A stretch of DNA of 64,000 nt from Elusimicrobiota bacterium. GTDB lineage: Bacteria > Elusimicrobiota > Elusimicrobia > UBA1565 > UBA9628. How positions within the stretch are numbered: position 1 is the first letter of the stretch; each line of letters starts with the position of its first letter. The stretch is from contig JACRDN010000016.1 in assembly GCA_016218575.1 (NCBI GenBank), forward strand, positions 129,306 through 193,305, in the 5' to 3' direction. Position numbers and translations under genes: made by a program. Positions 18,148 to 27,978 of the stretch are shown here, in pieces. The notes under the pieces were generated by a model. It ran no database searches. It worked only from the letters and a program-made list of their open reading frames with translations, and was not told where the DNA came from.

Positions 18148-19528
18148 GCCGGCTTCCGGCCGCTTGGGAGTGCTCCTCCCGGGCATGGGAGCGGTCACCA
18201 GCACCTTCATCGCGGGCGTCGAGCTCTTCAAGAAGGGCTTGGGAGAGCCCGTGGGGTCGCTCACGCAGCTGCAGACCATTCGCCTGGGCAAGCGCTATGA
18301 GAACCGCAGCCCCCTGATCAAGGATTTCGTGCCCTTGGCGGATTTGAGAGACCTCGTGTTCGGAGGCTGGGACCTCTACCCAGACAACATGCACGAGGCC
18401 GCGGTCAAGGCGGAGGTCTTGAGCCCCGCCCAGATCGCCCCGGTGCGCCGGGAGCTCGCGGCCATACGCCCCATGCCCGCGGTGTTCGATCCCGCCTACG
18501 TCAAGAACCTCAAAACGGGCTTCGCCAAAAAGGGGAACAGCAAATGGGACCTGGCCCGGCAAATCGTCGCCGACATCCAGGCCTTCAAGAAAAAGAACAA
18601 GCTCGAGCGCCTGGTCATGCTGTGGTGCGGCTCGACGGAAATCCTTCCCGAGCCGAGCCACGTCCACGAGACCTTGGCGGCCTTCGAGGAAGGCCTGCGC
18701 AGGAGCGCCCCGGAGATTCCCCCCTCCATGATCTACGCCTACGCGGCGGTGAGCCTCGGCATCCCCTACGGCAACGGCGCGCCCAACCTGTCCGCGGACG
18801 TCCCGGCCCTGGTCGAGCTCGCCGAGAAAACCGGCGCGCCCATCGCCGGCAAGGACTTCAAGACCGGGCAAACCTTGATGAAGACCACGATCGCCCCCAT
18901 GCTCAAGGCCCGGATGCTCGCCCTGCGCGGCTGGTACTCGACCAACATACTCGGCAACCGCGACGGCGAGGTCCTCGACGACCCCGGCTCATTCAAGACC
19001 AAGGAGAAGAGCAAGATGTCGGTGCTCGACTCCATCCTGGACCCGGGGCTCTACCCCCGGCTCTACGGGCAATACTTCCACAAGGTGCGCATAGACTACT
19101 ACCCCCCACGCGGGGATGCCAAGGAGGGCTGGGACAACATAGACATCTCGGGCTGGATGGGCATGCCCATGCAGATCAAGATCAACTTCCTCTGCCGCGA
19201 CTCGATCTTGGCCGCCCCGATCGTCCTGGATCTGGTGCTGTTCCTCGATCTGGCCAAGCGCGCGGGGCTCAAGGGCATCCAGGAGTGGCTCTCGTTCTAC
19301 TTCAAGTCCCCGCAATGCCGCGAGGACTTGAAGCCCGAACACGATATTTTCATACAGCACCTCAAGCTCAAGAACACCTTGCGCCTGCTCATGGGCGAAG
19401 AGGTCCTCGACCACTCGGGGCTAGACTACTACGACGCCAAGAAGGGGACCCCGGTCGCGGCCCCGGCGCCAAAACCGGTCAAGGAAAAGAAGTCAAAGAC
19501 CCTGGCCGCTAGCGCGCGCCGGGCTTGA
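18098..19528 (+). CDS. ino1: myo-inositol-1-phosphate synthase (MIPS)
   Basis: PGMGAVTST, FGGWD, LWCGSTE, NGAPN, GKDFKTGQT, STNILGNRDG, YYPPRGDAKEGWD, CRDSILAAP, SFYFKSP. Confidence 0.96.
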   Translation: MNTRKHASKSPPKSTVEPASGRLGVLLPGMGAVTSTFIAGVELFKKGLGEPVGSLTQLQTIRLGKRYENRSPLIKDFVPLADLRDLVFGGWDLYPDNMHEAAVKAEVLSPAQIAPVRRELAAIRPMPAVFDPAYVKNLKTGFAKKGNSKWDLARQIVADIQAFKKKNKLERLVMLWCGSTEILPEPSHVHETLAAFEEGLRRSAPEIPPSMIYAYAAVSLGIPYGNGAPNLSADVPALVELAEKTGAPIAGKDFKTGQTLMKTTIAPMLKARMLALRGWYSTNILGNRDGEVLDDPGSFKTKEKSKMSVLDSILDPGLYPRLYGQYFHKVRIDYYPPRGDAKEGWDNIDISGWMGMPMQIKINFLCRDSILAAPIVLDLVLFLDLAKRAGLKGIQEWLSFYFKSPQCREDLKPEHDIFIQHLKLKNTLRLLMGEEVLDHSGLDYYDAKKGTPVAAPAPKPVKEKKSKTLAASARRA

Positions 19529-20621
19529 CCACGGTCCAGCGGAACTCCTTGACGCCATAATTGCCGGCGAGGTCTCCCGCGCTCAGGAGCAGGCGGTGCT
19601 CCCCAGGCGCCCGGGGGAATTGATACGGCCCCTGCCATTGAGTTCCCTCGAAGCTGAACCCCAGGTTGATCGAGAACCGTCTTTCCTCATAGTCCCCCCG
19701 GGACTGGCTGGGCCAGAAAAGGTCGCGCACGTAGACTTCCTCAGAATTACCCGGCAAGAGGTCGAATTTCCAGACCTGGCGCCATGATCCGTCATCCACC
19801 TTGAAGTGAAGAGAGTAAGGCGGTTCGTAGAATTTCCTGTGGTGGATGAGGTCTCGAACCTCAGCCACGATATGGTAATCCGCGGACACCTCGGCGGATT
19901 CGAGCCTTCGGCCATCCTGGACCAAGGCGATATCCACGATCTCCGGCGCCGAGACATCGAAGACGGGCTTCAGGAAAATGAGCGGGTTGAGAAGAAGACC
20001 GTTTTTATCCAAAATCGTCAAATGGATATGGTTGTATTTCTGATTGAACACTTCAAACTTGGAAGATGACAGCCACTCAACAACCGCACCTAAAATCGCC
20101 CCCTCTGGAATGGCCTTGTTTTCGCCAAAGGCCCGATAAATCTCATTAGGAATCGAATCGCCTTGGAGATGCCAATATCTCCACGTATAGCCCGCCTCGT
20201 CCTTGACCGCGACCCCGCAATATTTTCCGCAATCCCCTCCGCTCATCTCAACCACTTTCCCTCCCGCCGAGGCTCTGACCACGGCGCCGGCTTCGGCGCG
20301 AATGTCTATGCCCCTGTGAAAGTACGGACCTTTGCTATCATCATATTCTGGATAGTTTTGATAGGAGCCGAAAATATGCCCCAAGGTCTTCATTTCGACA
20401 GGCCATTCATACTGTTGCCTGGGCGCCGGATAAAGCAACGCTGGAATACGCTCCGGCGGGGTCAATTCCTTGTGGGCAACAGCCTGGGGACCGCTTTCCT
20501 CTTTGAGCCCCTGGAGAATAGCTCTTGCGCTGAAGCCTTTGTCGAAATCCACGGCCCCTGCCCCGGACGATGCCCGGGCACAGAGGCTAAGAACCAGCGC
20601 AACTAGGCCGTATGCCCTCAT
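19509..20621 (-). CDS. Secreted M23-family metallo-endopeptidase
   Basis: Start moved to MRAYGLVALVL (signal peptide); FHRGIDI (HxxxD), YWHL, NHIHLTI (HxH), LNPL. Confidence 0.8.
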   Translation of the reverse strand: MRAYGLVALVLSLCARASSGAGAVDFDKGFSARAILQGLKEESGPQAVAHKELTPPERIPALLYPAPRQQYEWPVEMKTLGHIFGSYQNYPEYDDSKGPYFHRGIDIRAEAGAVVRASAGGKVVEMSGGDCGKYCGVAVKDEAGYTWRYWHLQGDSIPNEIYRAFGENKAIPEGAILGAVVEWLSSSKFEVFNQKYNHIHLTILDKNGLLLNPLIFLKPVFDVSAPEIVDIALVQDGRRLESAEVSADYHIVAEVRDLIHHRKFYEPPYSLHFKVDDGSWRQVWKFDLLPGNSEEVYVRDLFWPSQSRGDYEERRFSINLGFSFEGTQWQGPYQFPRAPGEHRLLLSAGDLAGNYGVKEFRWTVVKPGAR

Positions 20622-20707
20622 GGCTTTAGTGTAGCGGGGGGGCCCGGGGTTGAAAGGGCCGTTATACCCAGATCCAGCTGGGTCCAAAGACCCAAAATGA
20701 GAAAAAG

Positions 20708-20744
20708 TTATCCCCAAGACTTCGCGGCGAAGTTTTGGGGATAC
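20708..20744. repeat. 37-bp imperfect palindrome, copy 1 (inverted DnaA-box-like half sites)
   Basis: TTATCCCCAAGACTTCGCGGCGAAGTTTTGGGGATAC; 30/37 identical to 34128-34164. Confidence 0.8.
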
Positions 20745-20745
20745 C

Positions 20746-23208
20746 TTGGCCGCCTGGAGCGCTGTGGACGAAGAAGATAGACCGCCCATTGCGCATTTGA
20801 TATACTTCTTCGTCGTGTATTTTTGGCTGATAAGCGCCGTCTTGGCCGCCGCCGGAACGCCGAGCTGGGGGCAGGCTTTAGCGCCCTCTACCGGGACTTT
20901 CACCGGGGCCTCCTTGGACGCCCCCCAAGAGGCGGCGCCGACCCCTCAAGCCTCCACTCCCGGACCCTGGGTCATAGGCGAAATCGCCATATCCGGCAAC
21001 AAGAATTTGACATATAACGTCATCCGCTCCCATATCAAGGCACGCAAGGGCAGCCTCTACGACCGGGCCGAGCTCGACCATGACATCCAGACCCTTCTGG
21101 GCCTGGGAAGCTTCGAGCGCGTGGCGGCCGACATCTCGACGCTCGACAAGCCCGTCCCGGAACCCTACCGCAAAACGGCCGGCACGGACCGCCTCATCAA
21201 GCTTTCCTTGCTGGTCCAGGAAAAGCCCCTGGTGCGCAAGATCAAGTTCGAGGGCAACAAGAAGCTGTCCCGGGGCACCCTCATGGACATCGTGTCCATG
21301 AAGCAGAAGGACCCTTTCGACGGGCTCAAGCTCCAGGAAGACCAGGAGAAAATCCTCAAGAAATACCGGGAAAAGGGCTTTCTCGACGCCGCCGTCCAGT
21401 ACCGCGTGGACAAGGACACCGAGGCCCTCAAGGCCGACGTGACCTTCATCGTCCAGGAAGGCGCCAAGTCCCGCATCTTCTGGGTGGCGCTCAAGGGCGT
21501 CAAGTCCTTCAAGGAAAAGAAAATCCTCAAGCTCATGAAGAACCGCCGCAAAAAGGTCTTCGTGGAAGCCGACCTCAAGGAGGACTCAGGCAAGATAGAG
21601 ACCTTCTACCGCAACAACGGCTTTCTCGACGTGAGCGTGAGCTCCCCCTCGGTTCTCATGAGCGAGGACCAGACCCGCATCTACATAGACATCTCCATCG
21701 ACGAGGGCCGCTCCTACCGTTTCGGCGACACCAGCTTCTCGGGAAACCTCATCTACACCTCGACGGAACTTGCCAAGGCCGTGGAGTACAAGCGGGGCCG
21801 CATATTCAGCCAGGAGAAGTACGAGGCCACCATCAGGTCCATCCAGGAGCTCTACGCCGAGAAAGGCCGCCTGCGCGCCCACATCTCCCCTACCAAGACC
21901 CACAATCCGGCCACCGACCTCATGGACGTGCGCTACGACGTCTCCGAGGGGAACATCGTCTACATCGGCCACGTGGACCTGGAGGGCAACAAAGCGACGA
22001 AGAAATACGTGCTCAAGCGAGAGGTCGTGGTGAAATCCGGCCAGCCCTTCGCGGTCTCGCGCATACGCAAGAGCGTCGAGAAGCTGCGCAACCTCGGCTT
22101 CATAGACGACGTGGACCTCGACATCCAAAACACCCCCGACCCGGACAAGGTGGACGTGACCTTCGACGTGGTGGAGGGCAAACCCGGGGTTCTCACCGCG
22201 GGAGCGGCCTACTCCTCGGTGGACGGGCTCATCGGCACGCTCTCCCTGCAGCATTTGAACCTATTCGGCAGGGCCCAGAGGGCCTCGGTCCAGTGGTCCT
22301 TCGGGCGCAGGGTCCAGGACTACTCGATCAGCTGGACCACCCCCTGGATCTACAACAAACCCATGAGCCTGGGCTTCGACCTTTTCAACACCCGCCGTAT
22401 CAGCCCCTTCAGCTCGTCCTTGAGCGGCTTCGTGGAGAAGGACCGCGGGGGCACCATCCGGCTAGGCCCCCGCTTCGAGGAGGACAAATACCAGCTCAAC
22501 CTCTCATACACCTACTCGGAGATCACGATCACCAACGTGGAGGAGCAGTTCCGCGGCCAGCTGGGCGAGGGCACCAGCGTCTTTTCCTCGGCCGGGGTGG
22601 AATTCGCCCGCGACACCCGGGACAACATATGGGATCCCACCAAGGGCTCGCGCAACGCCGTCGGCGTGCAACTCTCCGGGGGGCCTTTCGGCGGCGACAT
22701 CCACCTCTTCAAGCCGTCCATCTCGAACTCGATCTACTATCACCTGTTCTCGATCGAGGACTACCCCTTCGTCCTGAGCTTTGGAAACCGCGCCGGCTAC
22801 GTCACCCAGTTCGGCGGGACCAAGGATGTCCCGGTTTTCAGCCGCTATTTCCTGGGAGGCCAGGACACTTTGCGCGGCTATGCCCCGACGGGAGAGGTGG
22901 GTTTCCCGTCAGGAGGCAAGGTTTTCGACGTCTTCAACATCGAGTTCGGCTTCCCCCTGGCCCGGGAGCGCAAGAAGACCATAGTCAAATTCGTCACCTT
23001 CTTCGACATGGGCACGGCCTGGGACAACGTGCGCGCCGTGCGCCTGCGCCTGGGAACCGGGGAGTCCGATCTCAAGACCAACGTGGGCTTCGGCATTCGC
23101 TTCACCACTCCCGCCTTCCCCATTCGCCTCGACTGGGGCTACGGCTTCAACCATAGGCCGGGTGAGAAACTGTATCAGATCAACTTCGGACTGGGGAACA
23201 TACTGTGA
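20746..23208 (+). CDS. bamA: Outer-membrane protein assembly factor BamA
   Basis: Five POTRA repeats, beta-barrel with YFLGGQDTLRGY, PIRLDWGYG and terminal INFGLGNIL. True start may be a few codons downstream. Confidence 0.95.
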   Translation: MAAWSAVDEEDRPPIAHLIYFFVVYFWLISAVLAAAGTPSWGQALAPSTGTFTGASLDAPQEAAPTPQASTPGPWVIGEIAISGNKNLTYNVIRSHIKARKGSLYDRAELDHDIQTLLGLGSFERVAADISTLDKPVPEPYRKTAGTDRLIKLSLLVQEKPLVRKIKFEGNKKLSRGTLMDIVSMKQKDPFDGLKLQEDQEKILKKYREKGFLDAAVQYRVDKDTEALKADVTFIVQEGAKSRIFWVALKGVKSFKEKKILKLMKNRRKKVFVEADLKEDSGKIETFYRNNGFLDVSVSSPSVLMSEDQTRIYIDISIDEGRSYRFGDTSFSGNLIYTSTELAKAVEYKRGRIFSQEKYEATIRSIQELYAEKGRLRAHISPTKTHNPATDLMDVRYDVSEGNIVYIGHVDLEGNKATKKYVLKREVVVKSGQPFAVSRIRKSVEKLRNLGFIDDVDLDIQNTPDPDKVDVTFDVVEGKPGVLTAGAAYSSVDGLIGTLSLQHLNLFGRAQRASVQWSFGRRVQDYSISWTTPWIYNKPMSLGFDLFNTRRISPFSSSLSGFVEKDRGGTIRLGPRFEEDKYQLNLSYTYSEITITNVEEQFRGQLGEGTSVFSSAGVEFARDTRDNIWDPTKGSRNAVGVQLSGGPFGGDIHLFKPSISNSIYYHLFSIEDYPFVLSFGNRAGYVTQFGGTKDVPVFSRYFLGGQDTLRGYAPTGEVGFPSGGKVFDVFNIEFGFPLARERKKTIVKFVTFFDMGTAWDNVRAVRLRLGTGESDLKTNVGFGIRFTTPAFPIRLDWGYGFNHRPGEKLYQINFGLGNIL

Positions 23209-23933
23209 GAACGATACTTTGCCTCTGCCTTTGGGCCTTGGGCGCGGGGGCGCTCCCAAGCTCTGCCGTCGAGCTCGCCCTAGAGGAGAACCGCTCCCAG
23301 CGCGGCAACGTGGGCTACGTGGACATGCGCCAGCTCTTTAAGGCCTTCCCGGAGACTTTGGCCGCCAAGGAGAAATTCGAGCTCGCCCTGCGCCAAGGCG
23401 AGGAGCAGATCAACATACGCAAGATGGAAGTCCTGCGCCTGCGCCACGAGCTCTCCCAACAGAGGATCGAAAGGGAGTCCCTGGCCAAGGCCGCGGCATC
23501 CGCCCCGCCGCCTCCCAAGCCGGCGGAAAAACCAGCCCTGAACCTTCCCGGGGACAGCACGGAACAGGCCAAAGTCGAGCCGCCAAAGACGGAAGCCCCG
23601 CAGCCGGGGGCCCAGAGTGCCGCCAACGATGCGATAACGGCCATTGATTCAAAAATCGCTCAGAAAGCCAAAGACCTCGCTCAAAAAGAAAGCTCCCTCA
23701 AAGACTATCAGGCCTCCACCGAGAAGGCCCTCCTCCAGCGGGAAAAACGGGAATCCGACATCCTCCTGGGAAGGATCAACAAAGCCATCGAGGAAACGGC
23801 CCGGCAGGCCCAGGTGAGCATCGTAGTGGACAAGAGCGCGATCCTCTACGGCCACAAAGCCATGGATCTGACCGACAAAGTGCTCAAGCGCTTGAAGGAG
23901 GCGCCTCCGGAAGGAGTCGCTCCGGGAACCTAA
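23205..23933 (+). CDS. skp: Skp/OmpH periplasmic chaperone with Pro/Ala-rich insert
   Basis: [10 protein letters not shown], coiled coil, [11 protein letters not shown]...DLTDKVL; lies between bamA and lpxD. Confidence 0.85.
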   Translation: MRTILCLCLWALGAGALPSSAVELALEENRSQRGNVGYVDMRQLFKAFPETLAAKEKFELALRQGEEQINIRKMEVLRLRHELSQQRIERESLAKAAASAPPPPKPAEKPALNLPGDSTEQAKVEPPKTEAPQPGAQSAANDAITAIDSKIAQKAKDLAQKESSLKDYQASTEKALLQREKRESDILLGRINKAIEETARQAQVSIVVDKSAILYGHKAMDLTDKVLKRLKEAPPEGVAPGT

Positions 23934-23937
23934 GGAA

Positions 23938-24999
23938 ATGGAACAAACCGATCTCCTGGCCGTCAACAAAACCGTCGGAGAAATCGCCGAGCTCGTGGGA
24001 GGCGAGGCCGCCGGGGATCCCTCCTTTCAAATCGCATCAGCCGCGGGCCTTTCGGAAGCCGGGCCTCAAGACATTTCCTTCCTGGGAAACCCAAAATACC
24101 TCCAAGAAGCCGCGGCCTCCCAAGCCGGCTGCCTGCTCCTTCCGGCGTCGAACCCTCAACTCGCCTGCGCGGCGAAGAACAGGATTTTCGTGGAGGACCC
24201 ACAGTACGCGTTCTCCCAAATTTTGAGCTTGATCGAGAGCCGGCGCCCCCGGCTTCCCGCCATGATAAGCCCCAAGGCGGAGCTTCACTATCAGGCCCGC
24301 CTGGGCCAGGGCGTGGCCGTGGGGCCCTTCACCATCATCGAGCGCGGGGCCGTGGTCGGGGAGGAAACCCGCATCGCCGCCCAATGCTACATCGGAGAAA
24401 ACACGCGCATCGGCCGCTCCTGCCGGATCTATCCCCAAGTGGTGATCCGCGAAAACTGCGTGATCGGGGACCGCGTGATCCTCCACTCCGGGACGGTGGT
24501 CGGCGCCGACGGCTTCGGGTTCTCCACGGACCGAAAAAGCGGCCGGCACCGCAAGATCCCCCAGCTCGGCAACGTGGTCATCGATAACGACGTAGAGCTC
24601 GGCGCCAACGTGACCGTGGACCGGGCCACGGTGGGCTCGACGGTGATCGGCGCCGGGAGCAAGATAGACAACCTGGTGCAGATCGCCCACAACGTAAAGA
24701 TCGGCAAGGGCTGTCTCATCGTGTCCCAGACCGGCATCGCGGGCTCGACCGAGCTCGGGGACCGGGTCATCTTGGCCGGCCAGGCAGGAGTGGCGGGGCA
24801 CCTGCGCTTGGGTGAAGGCGCCATCGTCACGGCCCAGAGCGGGATCATGGCCGATGTGCCCAAGGGGCAGACCGTCTTCGGCACGCCGGCCCGGCCCCAC
24901 CGAGAGGCCTTCAAGCTCCAAGTCCTCTACGGCAGGCTCCCCGAGCTTTTCGAGGCCGTCAAGAACATCAAGGAAAGGCTTGGCGTAGCGGAGAAATAA
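23938..24999 (+). CDS. lpxD: UDP-3-O-acyl-glucosamine N-acyltransferase
   Basis: ISFLGNPKY, hexapeptide repeats, [27 protein letters not shown]. Confidence 0.96.
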   Translation: MEQTDLLAVNKTVGEIAELVGGEAAGDPSFQIASAAGLSEAGPQDISFLGNPKYLQEAAASQAGCLLLPASNPQLACAAKNRIFVEDPQYAFSQILSLIESRRPRLPAMISPKAELHYQARLGQGVAVGPFTIIERGAVVGEETRIAAQCYIGENTRIGRSCRIYPQVVIRENCVIGDRVILHSGTVVGADGFGFSTDRKSGRHRKIPQLGNVVIDNDVELGANVTVDRATVGSTVIGAGSKIDNLVQIAHNVKIGKGCLIVSQTGIAGSTELGDRVILAGQAGVAGHLRLGEGAIVTAQSGIMADVPKGQTVFGTPARPHREAFKLQVLYGRLPELFEAVKNIKERLGVAEK

Positions 25000-25000
25000 A

Positions 25001-25885
25001 ATGGACGAACTCCAGAGCACGATCAGCCGGGACATCTCCTTGGAGGGCGTAGGCCTCCACACCGGAAACCCCTCCAAAATCACCTTCAAGCCCGCTCCGC
25101 CCAACACCGGCATCCGATTCTTCCGGGAGGACCTTGCCGGGACTCCCATGATCCCGGCGCGCCTGCGCCACGTCGTGGCCACGGTGCGCGGCACCAATTT
25201 GGGCCTCGGGGAGGCCAAGGTCCACACGGTCGAGCACGTCCTGTCGGCCTGCACCGGGGTCGGGGTGGACAACGTGGACGTCTGGGTCACCGCCAACGAG
25301 CCCCCCATCATGGACGGCTCCTCCTTGCCTTTCCTGGAGGCCCTGCTCAAGGCCGGCGTCAAGGCCTATCCCAACGCCCCCAAGCGCTGGCTGCGCCTGC
25401 CCGGGGAGGTGGCCTATTCGGACGGAGCCGCCAAGTACCGCGCCAAGCCCAGCGATCATTTCGAGCTCAAGGTCACCTTGATCCACGACCATCCCATGAT
25501 GCCCAAGATGACCCTTGAGCTTCGCCTTGACCGCCAATCCTACCTGCGCGACATCGCCCGCGCTCGCACCTTCTGCTTCGAGCACGAGGTGGCCTACTTG
25601 CGCTCGCAGGGGCTGGCCCAAGGGGGGTCTCTCGACAACGCCATCGTGATCGGCAAGGACCGCTTCCTCACCAATCCGGAGGGCCTGCGCTACAACGACG
25701 AGTTCGTGAGGCACAAGACCCTCGACCTCATAGGCGACCTCACCCTCATCGGGCGCTCGCTCTTCGAGATGTCCGTCGAGGCGGAATGCCTGGGCCACGC
25801 CCATAACATCGAATTCGCCAAGCGAATCGAAAAGGCCGCCGAAAAAATGCGCAAAAACAACACCGTTCTGGAGGCTCCCAAATGA
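25001..25885 (+). CDS. lpxC: UDP-3-O-acyl-GlcNAc deacetylase
   Basis: GVGLHTG, TVEHVLS, EPPIMDGSS, ARTF, GGSLDNA, EFVRHKTLDLIGDL. Confidence 0.96.
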   Translation: MDELQSTISRDISLEGVGLHTGNPSKITFKPAPPNTGIRFFREDLAGTPMIPARLRHVVATVRGTNLGLGEAKVHTVEHVLSACTGVGVDNVDVWVTANEPPIMDGSSLPFLEALLKAGVKAYPNAPKRWLRLPGEVAYSDGAAKYRAKPSDHFELKVTLIHDHPMMPKMTLELRLDRQSYLRDIARARTFCFEHEVAYLRSQGLAQGGSLDNAIVIGKDRFLTNPEGLRYNDEFVRHKTLDLIGDLTLIGRSLFEMSVEAECLGHAHNIEFAKRIEKAAEKMRKNNTVLEAPK

Positions 25886-26349
25886 CCACGGAAACGATCT
25901 CATCCCAACCACCGGCCCTGCGCACCCTCGACGTCGCGGCCATCCGAAAGGCCATCCCCCACCGATACCCCTTCCTGCTGGTGGACAAGGTCGAGGTCCT
26001 CGAGGAGGACAAGAAGGCCGTGGGCACCAAGTGCGTGACCATCAACGAGCACTTCTTCCAGGGGCATTTCCCCGAGCACCCGGTGATGCCCGGGGTCCTC
26101 ATCCTCGAGGCCCTGGCCCAGACCGCCTGCGTCATGCTCCTTTCCAAGGGCAGCTACGAGAACAAGATCGCGTATTTCATGGGCATAGACGGAGCTAAGT
26201 TTCGCAGCCCAGTGCTGCCGGGCTGCGTGCTCAAGCTTAACGTGGAGGTCCTGCGCCTGGGGCGGGCGGGCAAATTCAAGGGCGAAGCCTTCGTGGACGG
26301 CAAGATGGCGGCCGAAGCCGAGATGTCCTTCGCCTTGGTGGACAAATAA
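25882..26349 (+). CDS. fabZ: 3-hydroxyacyl-ACP dehydratase
   Basis: IPHRYPFLLVD, FFQGHFP..PVMPGVLILEALAQ. Confidence 0.97.
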   Translation: MTTETISSQPPALRTLDVAAIRKAIPHRYPFLLVDKVEVLEEDKKAVGTKCVTINEHFFQGHFPEHPVMPGVLILEALAQTACVMLLSKGSYENKIAYFMGIDGAKFRSPVLPGCVLKLNVEVLRLGRAGKFKGEAFVDGKMAAEAEMSFALVDK

Positions 26350-26350
26350 C

Positions 26351-27151
26351 ATGGCCATCCACCCCACGGCCATAGTCCACCCGAGCGCCAATCTCGACCC
26401 CTCCGTGCAGGTCGGCCCCTACGCCGTCATCGGCGAGGACGTGGAGATCGGCGCCGGAAGCGTGGTGGGCCCGCACTCGGTCGTTGAATTCGCGTCGCTC
26501 GGCAAGGAAAACCGCCTTCACTCCGGCTGCTACGTGGGCACGGCCCCCCAGGATCTCAAATACGCCGGGGAGCGCACGCGCCTGGTGATGGGAGACGGCA
26601 ATGTCGTGCGCGAGTGCGTGACCTTGAACCGCGGCACCGCCGCCCACGGCGAGACCCGTATAGGAAGCCGATGCCTTTTCATGGCCTATTCCCACGTGGC
26701 CCATGATTGCGTGCTGGGAGACGGGGTCATCCTCGTCAACTCCTCGGCCGCGGCCGGGCACGTGGAGCTCGGGGACTACACCGTGGTGGGAGGCATGGCC
26801 GGCCTGCACCAGTACGCCAGGGCCGGGCGCTACTGCATGATCGGGGCGGGATCCATGGTGAGCAAGGACGTTCCCTCATTTTGCACCTGCCAGGGAGACC
26901 GCGCGACCTTGCGGGGGCTGAACTTGGTGGGCATGAGGCGGGCGGGGCTCGGCCGGGAAATCGTCCACGGGGTCAAGGAAGCCTATAAAACGCTGTTTTT
27001 GTCGGGGCTCTCGCTGGAAGAAGCCCTGAACCAGCTCAAGGCCTCTTCCATTACGGAAATTCTGGACATGGTCCGGTTCATCGAGACGGCCAAGCGCGGG
27101 ATTCTCCGCCCCGCCTCGGGCGCCGCGGCCGAGGAAGAGGTAAGCGTCTGA
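26351..27151 (+). CDS. lpxA: Acyl-ACP--UDP-GlcNAc acyltransferase
   Basis: IHPTAIV, PQDLKY, RECVTLNRGT, MAYSHVAHDC, HQY, GLNLVGMRR. Confidence 0.96.
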   Translation: MAIHPTAIVHPSANLDPSVQVGPYAVIGEDVEIGAGSVVGPHSVVEFASLGKENRLHSGCYVGTAPQDLKYAGERTRLVMGDGNVVRECVTLNRGTAAHGETRIGSRCLFMAYSHVAHDCVLGDGVILVNSSAAAGHVELGDYTVVGGMAGLHQYARAGRYCMIGAGSMVSKDVPSFCTCQGDRATLRGLNLVGMRRAGLGREIVHGVKEAYKTLFLSGLSLEEALNQLKASSITEILDMVRFIETAKRGILRPASGAAAEEEVSV

Positions 27152-27978
27152 AGCTCGGGCTCATCGCTGGATCTGGGCGGTTTCCCATCCTGGTGGCGCG
27201 GGAGGCCAAGCGCCAAGGCCTGGAAGTGGTGGCCCTGGGCATCCCAGGGGTCACGGACAAGGCCCTGGAGGAGCTCGTCGGTGAAATACATTATTTCAAG
27301 CTCGGCCAAATCGACAAGCCGATCCAAACCTTGAAGACGGCCGGAGCCCAAAAGGCGGTCATGGCCGGGAAGATCCAGCACGTTTCGCTCTTCGGCGGCC
27401 TCCTCCCCGACATGCGCGCGGCCAAACTGCTGGCTCGCATTCCCGACAAGCGCACCGACACCATCTTGAAGGCCGTGGCCGATGAGTTCGCCAAGGACGG
27501 CATCGCGCTTCTTTCCTCGGCAGCCTACCTCTCGCACCTCCTGGTGCCGGAGGGCCCGCTCACCTCCCGCAAGCCCAACCCCTTGGAAGAGGCCGACATC
27601 CGCCTGGGCTGGAAAGCGGCCAAGGCCCTCGCGGGCTTCGACATCGGCCAAACCGTCGTGGTCCAGGGCGGGGCGGTGGTGGCCGTGGAGGCCATGGAGG
27701 GGACCGACGCCTGCGTGGAGCGGGCGAGCGCTTTGGCCCGCTCTTTCGGCAAGGACCCGCGCCTGACCGTGGTCAAGGTGGCCAAGCCCAAGCAGGACCT
27801 GCGCTTCGACATTCCCATCGTGGGCCTCGACTCCCTGAAAACTTTCGCCAAGGCCAACGTCTCGGCCCTGGCCTTGGAGGCCGGGTCCACCTTGATTTTC
27901 GACAAGGAGCGATTCCTCGAGGAGGCGGGCGGGCTCAAGCTCGCCATCGCGGGCCTCAAGGCCGAGGCTTTCTCATGA
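27148..27978 (+). CDS. lpxI: UDP-2,3-diacylglucosamine pyrophosphatase LpxI (probable CTG start)
   Basis: Conserved N-terminal KLGLIAGSGRFP lies upstream of the ORF-track start; DIGQTVVV, AVEAMEGTD, VKVAKPKQDLRFDIP. Confidence 0.9.
   Translation: MKLGLIAGSGRFPILVAREAKRQGLEVVALGIPGVTDKALEELVGEIHYFKLGQIDKPIQTLKTAGAQKAVMAGKIQHVSLFGGLLPDMRAAKLLARIPDKRTDTILKAVADEFAKDGIALLSSAAYLSHLLVPEGPLTSRKPNPLEEADIRLGWKAAKALAGFDIGQTVVVQGGAVVAVEAMEGTDACVERASALARSFGKDPRLTVVKVAKPKQDLRFDIPIVGLDSLKTFAKANVSALALEAGSTLIFDKERFLEEAGGLKLAIAGLKAEAFS

Noticed and set aside
20660..20775. Replication origin
   Set aside because: Only a few imperfect DnaA-box-like 9-mers, no AT-rich unwinding element, a short gap, and no dnaA/dnaN/gidA neighbours.
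25001..26349. Broken LpxC-FabZ fusion
   Set aside because: Both genes are complete with a normal ATGA overlap; separate genes are the common state.
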